The notes under the pieces were generated by a model, which saw nothing but the letters and a program-made list of their open reading frames with translations, ran no database searches and was not told the DNA's origin. Positions 1-9,032 of a stretch of 64,000 bases of DNA are shown piece after piece. Every line of letters begins with the position of its first letter. Position 1 is the first letter of the stretch. The position numbers were made by a program, and so were the translations under genes. This DNA comes from Candidatus Tokpelaia sp. JSC188 (GTDB lineage Bacteria > Pseudomonadota > Alphaproteobacteria > Rhizobiales > Rhizobiaceae): positions 20,483 through 84,482 of the forward strand of contig QENB01000008.1 of the NCBI GenBank assembly GCA_003331065.1, given 5' to 3'.

Positions 1-459
1 ATAAGGAATTGTTGCGATTACATGATCATTATCATCTGCCTCTTTAAAGGTATCAGAAACCGGCATAGCAGGAAGAACACCACTGGAGGGTGTCAAAGCA
101 GAATAAATGGCATCCAGTAGTTCATGCTTAATAAAAGGACGTGCTCCATCATGTATATGAACATAATGCGGAGATAACTGTTGCAGATAGCGCAATCCAG
201 CTCTTGCTGAATCTTGACGTGTTGCTCCGCCTTCTACAAAAAGAACCCTAGCTGTAAGTTTTCCTAGGGCCTGTTGGCATAAGGCATAATCACTTGGATG
301 TATGACCAATACAATAGGGGAAATATTCCCGTGAGATAAAAAAGTCTCTATCGTACGGCGAATAATCGGCGTACCACCAATAGATGCATATTGCTTTGGA
401 GTATTACCTTTTGTCCGCCTACCCCGACCAGCGGCTAATACAATTGCTGCAACAGACAT
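1..459 (-). CDS. ispD: 2-C-methyl-D-erythritol 4-phosphate cytidylyltransferase domain (N-terminal part of IspD or bifunctional IspDF); the rest lies beyond the left edge
   Basis: Own translation of the minus strand from ATG at 459: MSVAAIVLAAGRGRRTKGNTPKQYASIGGTPIIRRTIETF...VEGGATRQDSARAGL...IHDGARPF. It has the AAGxGxR loop and HDGARP motif typical of IspD. It is absent from the ORF track because there is no stop in the window. Confidence 0.85.
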   Translation of the reverse strand, partial: MSVAAIVLAAGRGRRTKGNTPKQYASIGGTPIIRRTIETFLSHGNISPIVLVIHPSDYALCQQALGKLTARVLFVEGGATRQDSARAGLRYLQQLSPHYVHIHDGARPFIKHELLDAIYSALTPSSGVLPAMPVSDTFKEADDNDHVIATIPY

Positions 460-491
460 GAGAGCATTTCAATATTAACTTGAGAAAAGTA

Positions 492-950
492 TTAATTTGC
501 CATTTTACAGGTTTCTTGTAATCGATCAATGCCCAAGCGAATACGGTTGGTTGGTCGCTGCAAATCTGCAATAGTGGTCGCTGACAATACATCAAGAAAT
601 GCCTTGAGTGCTCTGCTTAACGTCATATTGAGACCACAGGCATTAACCAAGGGACACTTAGCTGCATCATTTACAAAACAAGCAGCCATAGCAAAGTTAT
701 CTTCTGTTATTTGCACCACATCAGCAACTGTGATATCTACTGCTGGTTTTGCTAATCTTATACCCCCATTGCGTCCGCGTACAGTTTGCATCAATCCCGC
801 TTCAACAAGCGGGTTTAGTATCTTGAACAAAAATAGTTCCGAGACAGAATATGCCTTAGCAATTTCAGATACACGACTCAATTTATCCTTATTAGCTACG
901 CAGTACATCAACATCTGCATAGCGTAATTTGTCTGTTTAGTGAGCCGCAT
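492..950 (-). CDS. rirA: Rrf2-family iron-responsive transcriptional regulator, RirA-like
   Basis: The 152 aa ORF has the N-terminus MRLTKQTNYAMQMLMYCV...IAKAYSVSELFLFKIL...VRGRNGGIRLAKP (Rrf2 winged helix). The Cys triad CFVNDAAKCPLVNAC has C-X7-C-X5-C spacing, as I recall for rhizobial RirA Fe-S ligands. Confidence 0.8.
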   Translation of the reverse strand: MRLTKQTNYAMQMLMYCVANKDKLSRVSEIAKAYSVSELFLFKILNPLVEAGLMQTVRGRNGGIRLAKPAVDITVADVVQITEDNFAMAACFVNDAAKCPLVNACGLNMTLSRALKAFLDVLSATTIADLQRPTNRIRLGIDRLQETCKMAN

Positions 951-1190
951 ATTTTATTCCTTTCATGTTCATCTACACTTTTTCTTAGATCTACTCCAGT
1001 ACTTAGAAATATTCTAAAAATATGTGAACTCTTCTTTAGATTTATATCCAGAGTATATATTTTAGATAAAAACTGATCTTATTTTAGTACTCATGAAGAT
1101 AACATCAATTGGTAAGCAGTTTTTGTGCACCATTAAGTGTGCAACATATTGTGGCATAATTGCAATGAATTAAAGTAATCTGGATGTAAT

Positions 1191-3040
1191 ATGGATTTGG
1201 AAAGTACAACTGCTATACTTGGAAAAAACTTTCTTAGGCGAAGGCAACATTATAAAGGGCAGGCACTTTTCAGTTTGGGCGTTATTACTCTAGCTTTTCT
1301 GATAGCAAGTATATCTTTTGTTATTTCAACTGGACTCACGCCTGTTATCTCTGATCGTTCTATTACGCTGATTCTCACACTTATTAATGCAGTTTTGGTG
1401 ACTTGTCTTGTTGTTGGACATGCAGCTTCTCGCATGCATGTAATAATCATCACGCTTCAAACAATCGGACAAGATTTACGTGATGTATTTTTACTGCACC
1501 GTGATGGATCAATGATCATCTCAAGCTGTCATAGTAGAGAGAGAAATTTGCCGATTCAGCCTCAGTCATGGATTGGAGAGTCGACTCCCATTAATTCAGT
1601 GAAATTTCAACCCAAGGTGCATAATTTCTTTGGCATTATCCTCAAGGTAGACGATATTGAAGATGCTTGGTTTTATGCGGTGCGGGAAACAGACCTGCGA
1701 GTACTGGATGCTTTACGGCTAACAGAGCTCAATGCTAATCATTACTGTAAGCTTGAAGTCAGTCGCGTCCTGGCACAGATTGCTTTTGCTGTTTTTTATT
1801 TTTGTCTGTTTCTTGTTATGTTACTTTCAGCTGTCTGGGGAGCGATTTCTATTGCTGACAGACTACTACAACCGAACCGCCTTCTGAATTGGTACTGCCG
1901 ATGATATCGCCTCTGGCAATATGGAGATTGTTGTTCCTGCTTGCTCGAAGGATAGTGATATTGGCCAATGTAATTGCATGATCGCACAATTTAAAAGCCA
2001 GTGTAGTGAATTGATAACAGCTAGCGAGCAAATTGATGAACGTCGCCGTTTTTCTAAAGCTGTACTTTCTAGTGTAATAGCAGCTGTGATCGGTGTGGAT
2101 GATGAAGGATATATTACAATTATTAATCGGTCTGCTGAAGCCATGTTTAGTTTTGATCCGCAGAAAGTAATCGGGCAGAGCCTGATTATTACCTACACTA
2201 CTGCCAGGAAAGTTTTCGAAGTGGTACGTGCATCCGCAGGGAAAACTCTGCATGAGCAGCAGCAGGGTACTATTTATCAAGGTCGAACACGTGTCTACAA
2301 TGTCCAGATCACCATAGAGGATACGGATGCAAAAAACCATTCTTGGATTGTGATAGTTGATGGTATCATCAATCTGATCGAAGCTCAACATTCTTCTATT
2401 TGCGCGGATATTGCCCGGCGTATAGCGCATGAGATCAAAAATCCATTGACCCTTATCCAATTATCAGTTGAGCGCCTTCACCGTCGTTATGGCAAAATCA
2501 TTGATATAGATAAGGGGGGGTTGACCAGTGTATTAATACGATTATCCGACAAGTTGGAACTATTGGGCGGATGGTGGATGAGTTTTCATTACTTTGCGTC
2601 TATACCTAAGATTAGTACAGATGGACGTACGTAATCCACTGCGGGAGGCAATATTTTTGATTCAAATTTCACGACAGGATATTGTTTTTGAACAGAATAT
2701 AGAAGAAAAGCCACATATTGGTGTTTGCGATAGTTGCTTGATTAAACAGATTTTTTGCAATGTCACAAAAAATGCTAGCGAGGGAATTGATGCTGCGAAT
2801 GGAAAAAAGATACGCGACAGCTACATATTGGTGCAAGCTTTACAGAAAGACGATGAGCTGACTATTGATATCATCGATAATGGCAAGGGTTTTCCTAAAA
2901 AAGATCGGAAGAAATTGCTTAAACCTTACATAAATATGCGAGAAAAAGGTACAGGGCTTAGGCTAGCGATTCTGCGCAAAATTATCGAGGAGCACGGCGA
3001 GTATATCGAATTACTTGATGCTCCGGCTTCACATCACTGA
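1191..3040 (+). pseudogene. ntrY: ntrY sensor histidine kinase, disrupted by multiple frameshifts
   Basis: Three consecutive same-strand ORFs lie in three different frames (1191-1904, 1921-2634, 2594-3040). They carry in order the TM region, the HAMP/PAS segment (ASGNMEIVVP..., SEQIDERRRFSKAVLSSV, VDDEGYITIINRSAE), the H-box RRIAHEIKNPLT, and the ATPase motifs DNGKGFP and REKGTGLRLAI. Between 2513 and 2625 the conserved path needs several frame changes: KGG in one frame, FDQCINTIIRQVGTIGRMVDEFS in another, YFASIPK in a third, then MDVRNPLREAIFL. Confidence 0.85.
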
Positions 3041-3128
3041 AAGCCGTGGAGCTATGTTCGCATGATTTTTCGGGCTTCAGATAAAGATAAAAAGCAGATA
3101 TTGCCTCTTAAAAAGCAAGTGAGTGATT

Positions 3129-4493
3129 ATGGCGGCTGATATTCTGATTGTAGATGACAAAGCAGATACTCGTGAACTTGTGGCAGGGATTTTAAGCGAT
3201 GAGGGATATGAAACGCGTGTAGCTGCCAACGCAGACGAAGCACTGGCTGTAATTGATGAACGCTTACCACAATTAATCTTTCTGGATCTTTGGTTGCAGA
3301 CTAGCCAACTCGATGGGCTTGCATTATTCGATGAAATTAAAAAACGCTTTTTAAAACCACCAATTGTAATAATTTCTGGTTATGGAAATATCGAAACGGC
3401 TGTTTCAGCAATTAAACGCGGAGCTTATGATTTTATAGAAAAGCCGTTCAAGATTGATTATCTGCTGCTTGTAGCAGAACGTGCTCTTGAGGCATCGAAC
3501 CTCAAGCGTGAAGTGCAGGAGTTACGCAAGAATGCGATTGATACGTTAGAATTTATTGGAAATTCTCCGATCATGAATCAGCTACGGCAGACAATTGAAA
3601 AAGTTGCACCGACCAATAGTCGTATCATGATTACTGGACCATCAGGTTCAGGCAAAGAAATGACAGCTCGTATGATTCATACGATCTCATCGCGTGCTAA
3701 GGGACCATTTGTCGTTCTTAATGCTTCTACAATTACAGCTGAACGTATGGAAATAGAGCTTTTCGGTATAGAAATGAATGCTAGAGAACGTAAAATCGGT
3801 GCCTTTGAAGAGGCACATGGCGGTATTTTGTATCTCAATGAGATTGCTGATATACCTCGTGAGACACAAAAGAAGATTTTACAGGTCCTGACCGAACAAC
3901 AATTTGAGCGAGTTGGAGGAATAAGCCGGGTGAGGGTTAACGTGCGTATTATTTCATCAACAACCAAGAATCTTGAAAAATTGATTGCCGAAGGTAGTTT
4001 TCGTGAGGATTTGTTTCATCGTCTTTCAGTTGTATCAATTACTGTACCACCTTTGGCTAAGCATCGCGAGGATATTCCCACTCTAGTGGATCATTTTATG
4101 CGTCAGATTGCTCGTCAGGCAGGCATAAGATTGCGCTCTGTGGATAATAATGCAATGGCGGTACTACAGGCTCATAGTTGGCCGGGTAATGTTAGGCAAT
4201 TGCGCAATAATGTAGAGCGGTTACTTATTCTTACTAGAGATGATAGCTGTGAGAAGCCAATCACGGCTAATTTATTGCCAGCAGAAATTGGTGATATGTT
4301 ACCCCGCATCTCTTCTAACGCAGATCAGCATATTATGACTTTACCGCTGCGCGGAGCACGGGAGATATTTGAAAAGGAATATCTAGTTGCACAGATTAAC
4401 CGATTTGGTGGTAATATTTCCCGCACAGCCGAATTTGTTGGCATGGAGCGTTCAGCTTTGCATCGTAAGCTAAAATCACTTGGACTATCGTAA
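3129..4493 (+). CDS. ntrX: NtrX response regulator (receiver + AAA+ + HTH)
   Basis: MAADILIVDDKADTRELVAGILSDEGYETR receiver domain, Walker A GPSGSGKE, and C-terminal Fis-type HTH GGNISRTAEFVGMERSALHRKLK. The ATG at 3129 is preferred over the GTG at 3123 given in the track. Confidence 0.9.
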   Translation: MAADILIVDDKADTRELVAGILSDEGYETRVAANADEALAVIDERLPQLIFLDLWLQTSQLDGLALFDEIKKRFLKPPIVIISGYGNIETAVSAIKRGAYDFIEKPFKIDYLLLVAERALEASNLKREVQELRKNAIDTLEFIGNSPIMNQLRQTIEKVAPTNSRIMITGPSGSGKEMTARMIHTISSRAKGPFVVLNASTITAERMEIELFGIEMNARERKIGAFEEAHGGILYLNEIADIPRETQKKILQVLTEQQFERVGGISRVRVNVRIISSTTKNLEKLIAEGSFREDLFHRLSVVSITVPPLAKHREDIPTLVDHFMRQIARQAGIRLRSVDNNAMAVLQAHSWPGNVRQLRNNVERLLILTRDDSCEKPITANLLPAEIGDMLPRISSNADQHIMTLPLRGAREIFEKEYLVAQINRFGGNISRTAEFVGMERSALHRKLKSLGLS

Positions 4494-4495
4494 TA

Positions 4496-5390
4496 ATTCG
4501 GGTTATCATTTACCGTTCTGGGCAAATTGGCACGGTATTAAGCTAAAATTAACTGTCGAGTAGGTTGATGTGTTACGGTTGCAAATCAGAATCCAGAGTT
4601 AATTGATGTCATCGGATTACTCGGAGCATGGCTTACATCCTAATGTATTGACGGATGCAGTGCAGGCAGCAGTTGTTTGTTCATAAATGCAGTCAATATA
4701 CTTCCAGGAGATATTTCTTATATTACTGCTGCGATTAACCAAGTACATCTGTACTCTTTAATTTTATCAAAGAGGCCATATTCTAAAGCGTATTGTTATT
4801 GCGGGCAGCGGCAATATTAGGTCTTTAATGTGATTAAAGCTACTGAGAAATGGCAGGACCAGACCAATATTATGGTTACTGAGTCTGACCTTAAACCTGC
4901 GCTTTCATCACTAGAATTATCTAGAATAAGATTCTGAGTTATGCACAGCAAGCGCGCTTGATCAGTCTATGTTGTAAGAAGCATTGTTTGAAGATATAAA
5001 TCTCCTGATTGTGCTTAGGCAATCAAGAACAAATTAACATCCTAAGTGCGATGATGTAATGGAAAAAGTACTTTGGCTGCAATAACAATATGACTTTAGT
5101 TAATAATCCTTTGGTATGGAAAGCTGAGAAAGATATAAGTATTGATGCTTATATTAATCCATGCAATATTGCGTTATCAAAAATGTTGCAACAGATGCGA
5201 CGAGGGTATACTCGTGTTGTTTATTCTATTGCGCATGGACAATCGGAAATTGTTGATGGTTGGATACTTGAAGCATCACCTCTTATTAGGAATAACGCTT
5301 TTCGAACTCAGTCTATATGAAAATAGCGGCGGAGCTGTTTATTACAATGCCGAAATTGCCTGTAGGAACATGTATTTGACCCGATAATTT
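4496..5390 (+). pseudogene. trkA: trkA (K+ uptake NAD-binding protein) remnant, with start lost, stops, frameshifts and deletions
   Basis: TrkA-like peptides are scattered over different frames and separated by stops. They are RVIIYRSGQIGTVLS* (4499-4546, GxGxxG loop destroyed), VTVANQNPELIDVIG (4572-), SEHGLHPNVLTDAVQAA (4621-), KRIVIAGSGNIRSLM* (about 4796-) and INPCNIALSKMLQQMRRGYTRVVYSIAHGQSEIVDGWILEASPL (ORF 5090-5320). The total span is about 0.9 kb, against about 1.4 kb for an intact trkA. Confidence 0.8.
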
Positions 5391-5486
5391 TATTGTGATT
5401 TTCGCTTTAACTGAGACTATACAATGATGTTGAACAGATGTTTTGGGTCGACTTAGACTTTTTTGAAGTGGATGGTATAAAAGGGA

Positions 5487-6272
5487 ATGGATATTTGTAC
5501 TTTCTGGTTTGGTAATAAATTGCGTATCGTCGACCGAGTCTGTCTCTCATCAATGATTAAAACTGGTCAGCATGTTAAGCTATTTGTTTATGAGCCGATT
5601 AAAAATATTCCTATGGGAGTAGAATTGTATGATGCTAATTCTATTATGTCTCAGGACGTGCTTTATTGGATAGACCCTGATTACCCATCTTTTAAGCCAT
5701 TGCTTTCGATTGTACAATTCAGCGACATTTTTCGCATCATGCTAATGAAATATAGTCAAGGAGTTTGGCTCGATACCGATATTTACCTAGTCAAATCATT
5801 TAAACCTGACCCTAGAAAAATATGGCTAGCACGTGAAAATCGTGCTCGTGTTGGCGTTTCTGCCCTTTATCTACCGCCGGATAACCCGATTATTACGAAA
5901 TTTGAAGATTATCTTCATGGTAATAATCTTGTTCCCGACTGGTTGGGTTTCAAGCGCCGTGTTTGGCGGCCTGCTATTTTACGCTATAAAGGTATACCTG
6001 TTCAGCCCAATCGGTTGGGAATCACAGTTTTTGGTAATGATGGTATTTCGCGACTTGCAAAGCGTTTTGGCTTTTTTAACGAAGCAAAATCAAAAGAGAC
6101 ATTTTATTATTGGACAGGCCGAAAAGCCGAGCGTATTTTTGATCCTGCTTATGGGCTAGAACCACTTGATCACCCAGATTTTATAGGTTTTCATATTCAT
6201 AAAAAAGCATTAACCAATGAACCACCTAAAATAGGAAGTTTTTATCATTTGGCTCTCAAAGGATTAATCTAA
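5487..6272 (+). CDS. Glycosyltransferase with DXD sugar-binding motif (Gly_transf_sug/OCH1-like)
   Basis: The 261 aa ORF contains QFSDIFRIMLMKYSQGVWLDTDIYLV, which matches the FSDxFRxxxLxxxGGxWxDxD signature of DXD-motif glycosyltransferases. There is no signal peptide. Confidence 0.6.
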   Translation: MDICTFWFGNKLRIVDRVCLSSMIKTGQHVKLFVYEPIKNIPMGVELYDANSIMSQDVLYWIDPDYPSFKPLLSIVQFSDIFRIMLMKYSQGVWLDTDIYLVKSFKPDPRKIWLARENRARVGVSALYLPPDNPIITKFEDYLHGNNLVPDWLGFKRRVWRPAILRYKGIPVQPNRLGITVFGNDGISRLAKRFGFFNEAKSKETFYYWTGRKAERIFDPAYGLEPLDHPDFIGFHIHKKALTNEPPKIGSFYHLALKGLI

Positions 6273-6495
6273 CCAGATATGGATTATGCATAGGTATTCA
6301 TCACAGGTAAAATTGAGTAACCTTTTGGCCGGAGGTATTTTGATATTTAAGAATATACAAATATTATTTCATATCCATCAGTATGAATTATGGTATCGCA
6401 TATCGCCTCGATGAGGTGCCAAAACGTAGGAGTAGGAAAATTGCCCCCTGTATTTTGCATATTTTGTGGAAGCTAGATCAAGAAAAGGTCAAAAG

Positions 6496-7122
6496 ATGGA
6501 TAAGACAATCAAAACCGCAATGAGCCTCGTCCCTATGGTAGTTGAGCAGAATAATCGGGGAGAACGCGCTTATGATATTTTTTCTCGATTGCTAAAAGAG
6601 CGTATTATATTCATAAATGGTTCGATCGAAGATCAAGTAGCCGTACTAGTTTGTGCACAGCTTCTGTTTTTGGAGGCAGAAAATCCGAAGAAGGAAATCA
6701 GCCTTTATATTAACTCTCCCGGTGGGTATGTGACATCAGGTATGGCAATTTATGATACAATGCAGTTTATCCAACCAGTAGTATCTACCTTGTGTATCGG
6801 ACAGGCAGCTTCCATGGGTTCGCTGCTTCTTACTGCAGGCGCTAAAGGGCATCGCTTTGCATTGCCTAATGCACGTATCATGGTGCATCAACCTTCTGGC
6901 AGTTTCCAGGGGGCTGCTTCAGATATACAACGTCACGCACAGGATATTATAAAGCTAAAACAACGTTTAAACGAAATTTATGTTGTTCATACTGGACAAG
7001 ACTGCAAGATAATTGAGCAGACGCTGGATCGTGATCATTTTATGTCTGCTACTGAAGCTAGTAATTTCGGTCTGATTGATGAAGTATTGGAAAAGAGAAT
7101 AATTTCACAGAAAGACGCTTAA
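6496..7122 (+). CDS. clpP: ATP-dependent Clp protease proteolytic subunit
   Basis: [29 protein letters not shown], catalytic Ser in GQAASMGS and His in MVHQPSG. The ATG at 6496 (MDKTIKT) is preferred to the upstream GTG at 6466. Confidence 0.95.
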   Translation: MDKTIKTAMSLVPMVVEQNNRGERAYDIFSRLLKERIIFINGSIEDQVAVLVCAQLLFLEAENPKKEISLYINSPGGYVTSGMAIYDTMQFIQPVVSTLCIGQAASMGSLLLTAGAKGHRFALPNARIMVHQPSGSFQGAASDIQRHAQDIIKLKQRLNEIYVVHTGQDCKIIEQTLDRDHFMSATEASNFGLIDEVLEKRIISQKDA

Positions 7123-7376
7123 AACCACCGTGCTGACAATAACAAAATTAAAAAGATCTTTCAGCTTCATTTTTGCGGATAATTTCTTACAACAGTTTTT
7201 ATGGAAGCTGCTGAAATGGAAAGATTTAACTTTATAGACATTTTATTAGCTTTACGTTTACGTATTTGGTACCTGAAATACATGAAATTTCAAATCATTA
7301 GATGTGCATTAATCAGAAAACATTTGTTGTGAAGCGTATTGTGCAATCTTTTGCAAGAATGGAAGGATATTAAGCG

Positions 7377-8651
7377 ATGAGCAGAATTGGAAATAGTGGG
7401 AGGGATTCCACAAACACGCTTTATTGCTCATTTTGCGGGAAAAGTCAGCATGAAGTACGCAAATTGATTGCCGGTCCTACAGTTTTTATCTGTGATGAAT
7501 GTGTAGAGCTCTGTATGGATATTATCCAAGAGGAAAGTAAATCTTCTTCTGTTCGGGCACGAGAAGGTGTTCCTACTCCGCAGGAGATCATGTCGGTATT
7601 GGATGATTATGTGATTGGGCAGTTTTATGCTAAGAGAGTCCTGTCTGTAGCAGTACATAATCACTATAAACGACTCGCACACCAAGCAAAAAATTTAGAT
7701 ATTGAGCTGACGAAATCGAATATTCTTTTAGTCGGTCCAACGGGTTGCGGGAAAACTTATTTAGCTCAAACACTAGCGCGCATCATTGATGTGCCTTTTA
7801 CTATGGCGGATGCAACCGCATTAACTGAGGCAGGATACGTAGGTGAAGATGTAGAGAATATCATTCTTAAGCTTCTCCAAGCAGCTGATTATAATGTCGA
7901 ACGAGCACAGCGTGGTATTGTTTATATTGATGAAGTTGACAAAATTAGCCGAAAAGCGGACAATCCTTCTATAACTCGAGATGTTTCTGGTGAAGGAGTT
8001 CAGCAGGCTCTTCTGAAGATTATGGAAGGAACAATAGCATCTGTTCCTCCGCAAGGTGGGCGTAAGCATCCTCAGCAAGAGTTTCTACAAGTTGATACGA
8101 CTAATATTCTTTTTATCTGTGGTGGTGCGTTTGCTGGGCTCGATAAGATCATTTCAGATCGAGGTGAAAAAACCTCTATTGGCTTTAATGCAAAGATTGC
8201 AGCTCCTGATGATCGTAAGATCGGTAGGATTTTTCATAATCTTGAGCCTGAGGATCTATTGAAATTCGGTCTTATTCCGGAGTTTGTTGGTCGTCTCCCG
8301 GTTATTGCAACACTTGAAGACTTAGATGTTGTGGCATTGATACGGATTTTATCTGAACCTAAAAACGCGCTTGTTAAACAGTACAAGCGTCTATTTGAAA
8401 TAGAGAATGTGGAATTAACATTTCATGACGATGCACTGCATGCGATCGCTAATAAAGCGATTGAACGTAAGACTGGCGCACGTGGATTGCGTTCTATAAT
8501 GGAAAGGATATTGCTAGATACGATGTTTGAATTACCTAGACTAGAAGGGGTGAGAGAAGTTGTTATTTCTGCTGATGTTGTAGAGGGGGTAGCTTACCCG
8601 CTTTATATTTATGCCGACTGGAATGATGGAAAAGGCAATGCATCTGCTTAA
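7377..8651 (+). CDS. clpX: ATP-dependent Clp protease ATP-binding subunit ClpX
   Basis: Zinc-finger [30 protein letters not shown], Walker A GPTGCGKT, and 424 aa length. Confidence 0.97.
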   Translation: MSRIGNSGRDSTNTLYCSFCGKSQHEVRKLIAGPTVFICDECVELCMDIIQEESKSSSVRAREGVPTPQEIMSVLDDYVIGQFYAKRVLSVAVHNHYKRLAHQAKNLDIELTKSNILLVGPTGCGKTYLAQTLARIIDVPFTMADATALTEAGYVGEDVENIILKLLQAADYNVERAQRGIVYIDEVDKISRKADNPSITRDVSGEGVQQALLKIMEGTIASVPPQGGRKHPQQEFLQVDTTNILFICGGAFAGLDKIISDRGEKTSIGFNAKIAAPDDRKIGRIFHNLEPEDLLKFGLIPEFVGRLPVIATLEDLDVVALIRILSEPKNALVKQYKRLFEIENVELTFHDDALHAIANKAIERKTGARGLRSIMERILLDTMFELPRLEGVREVVISADVVEGVAYPLYIYADWNDGKGNASA

Positions 8652-9032
8652 GTACATTTATCTAAAATATTAATAATTTGTCTAACGATCTGATTTTTAT
8701 CTGTGTTTATTTCATATCTGATTATTTGAAGGATGTTTATAAACATCCTAGACGCAAGCACAAGAATGATCTTACTTTAAAAAATCATCTTAAGTATATA
8801 AACCTATGGAAAGAAGCTCTATCCTTTGCTTTATATGCCAGCTGGCTTTTAGCTGTATGTCGTTATTCGATGGCATTCCTGTTTTTATAATGCACTTGTT
8901 TGGTTGTTTAGTACAGCTGAAATAGGGATAGCAACAGAAGTAGTTAATAAGATACAATGGATGCAGTAGCCCTTACCAACGTTTGGGAAAACACAGTGGG
9001 ATGGCTTGTCAGAGTTCCAGAAAGGATAAAAG

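Noticed and set aside
1849-2460. 203-aa ORF antisense to the ntrY remnant. Similar long antisense ORFs occur at 51620-52045, 53618-54097 and 61674-62171.
   Set aside because: Each lies entirely opposite a strongly supported gene or pseudogene. They have no recognisable motifs, are rich in Cys, Ile and Asn in a way typical of shadow frames, and have no RBS. I treat them as spurious.
8678-8890. 70-aa ORF in the clpX-lon spacer. I also looked for a possible sigma-32 promoter for lon.
   Set aside because: The ORF is AT-rich and featureless. I could not find a clean CTTG-N17-CYTATNT heat-shock promoter by eye, so no promoter is reported.
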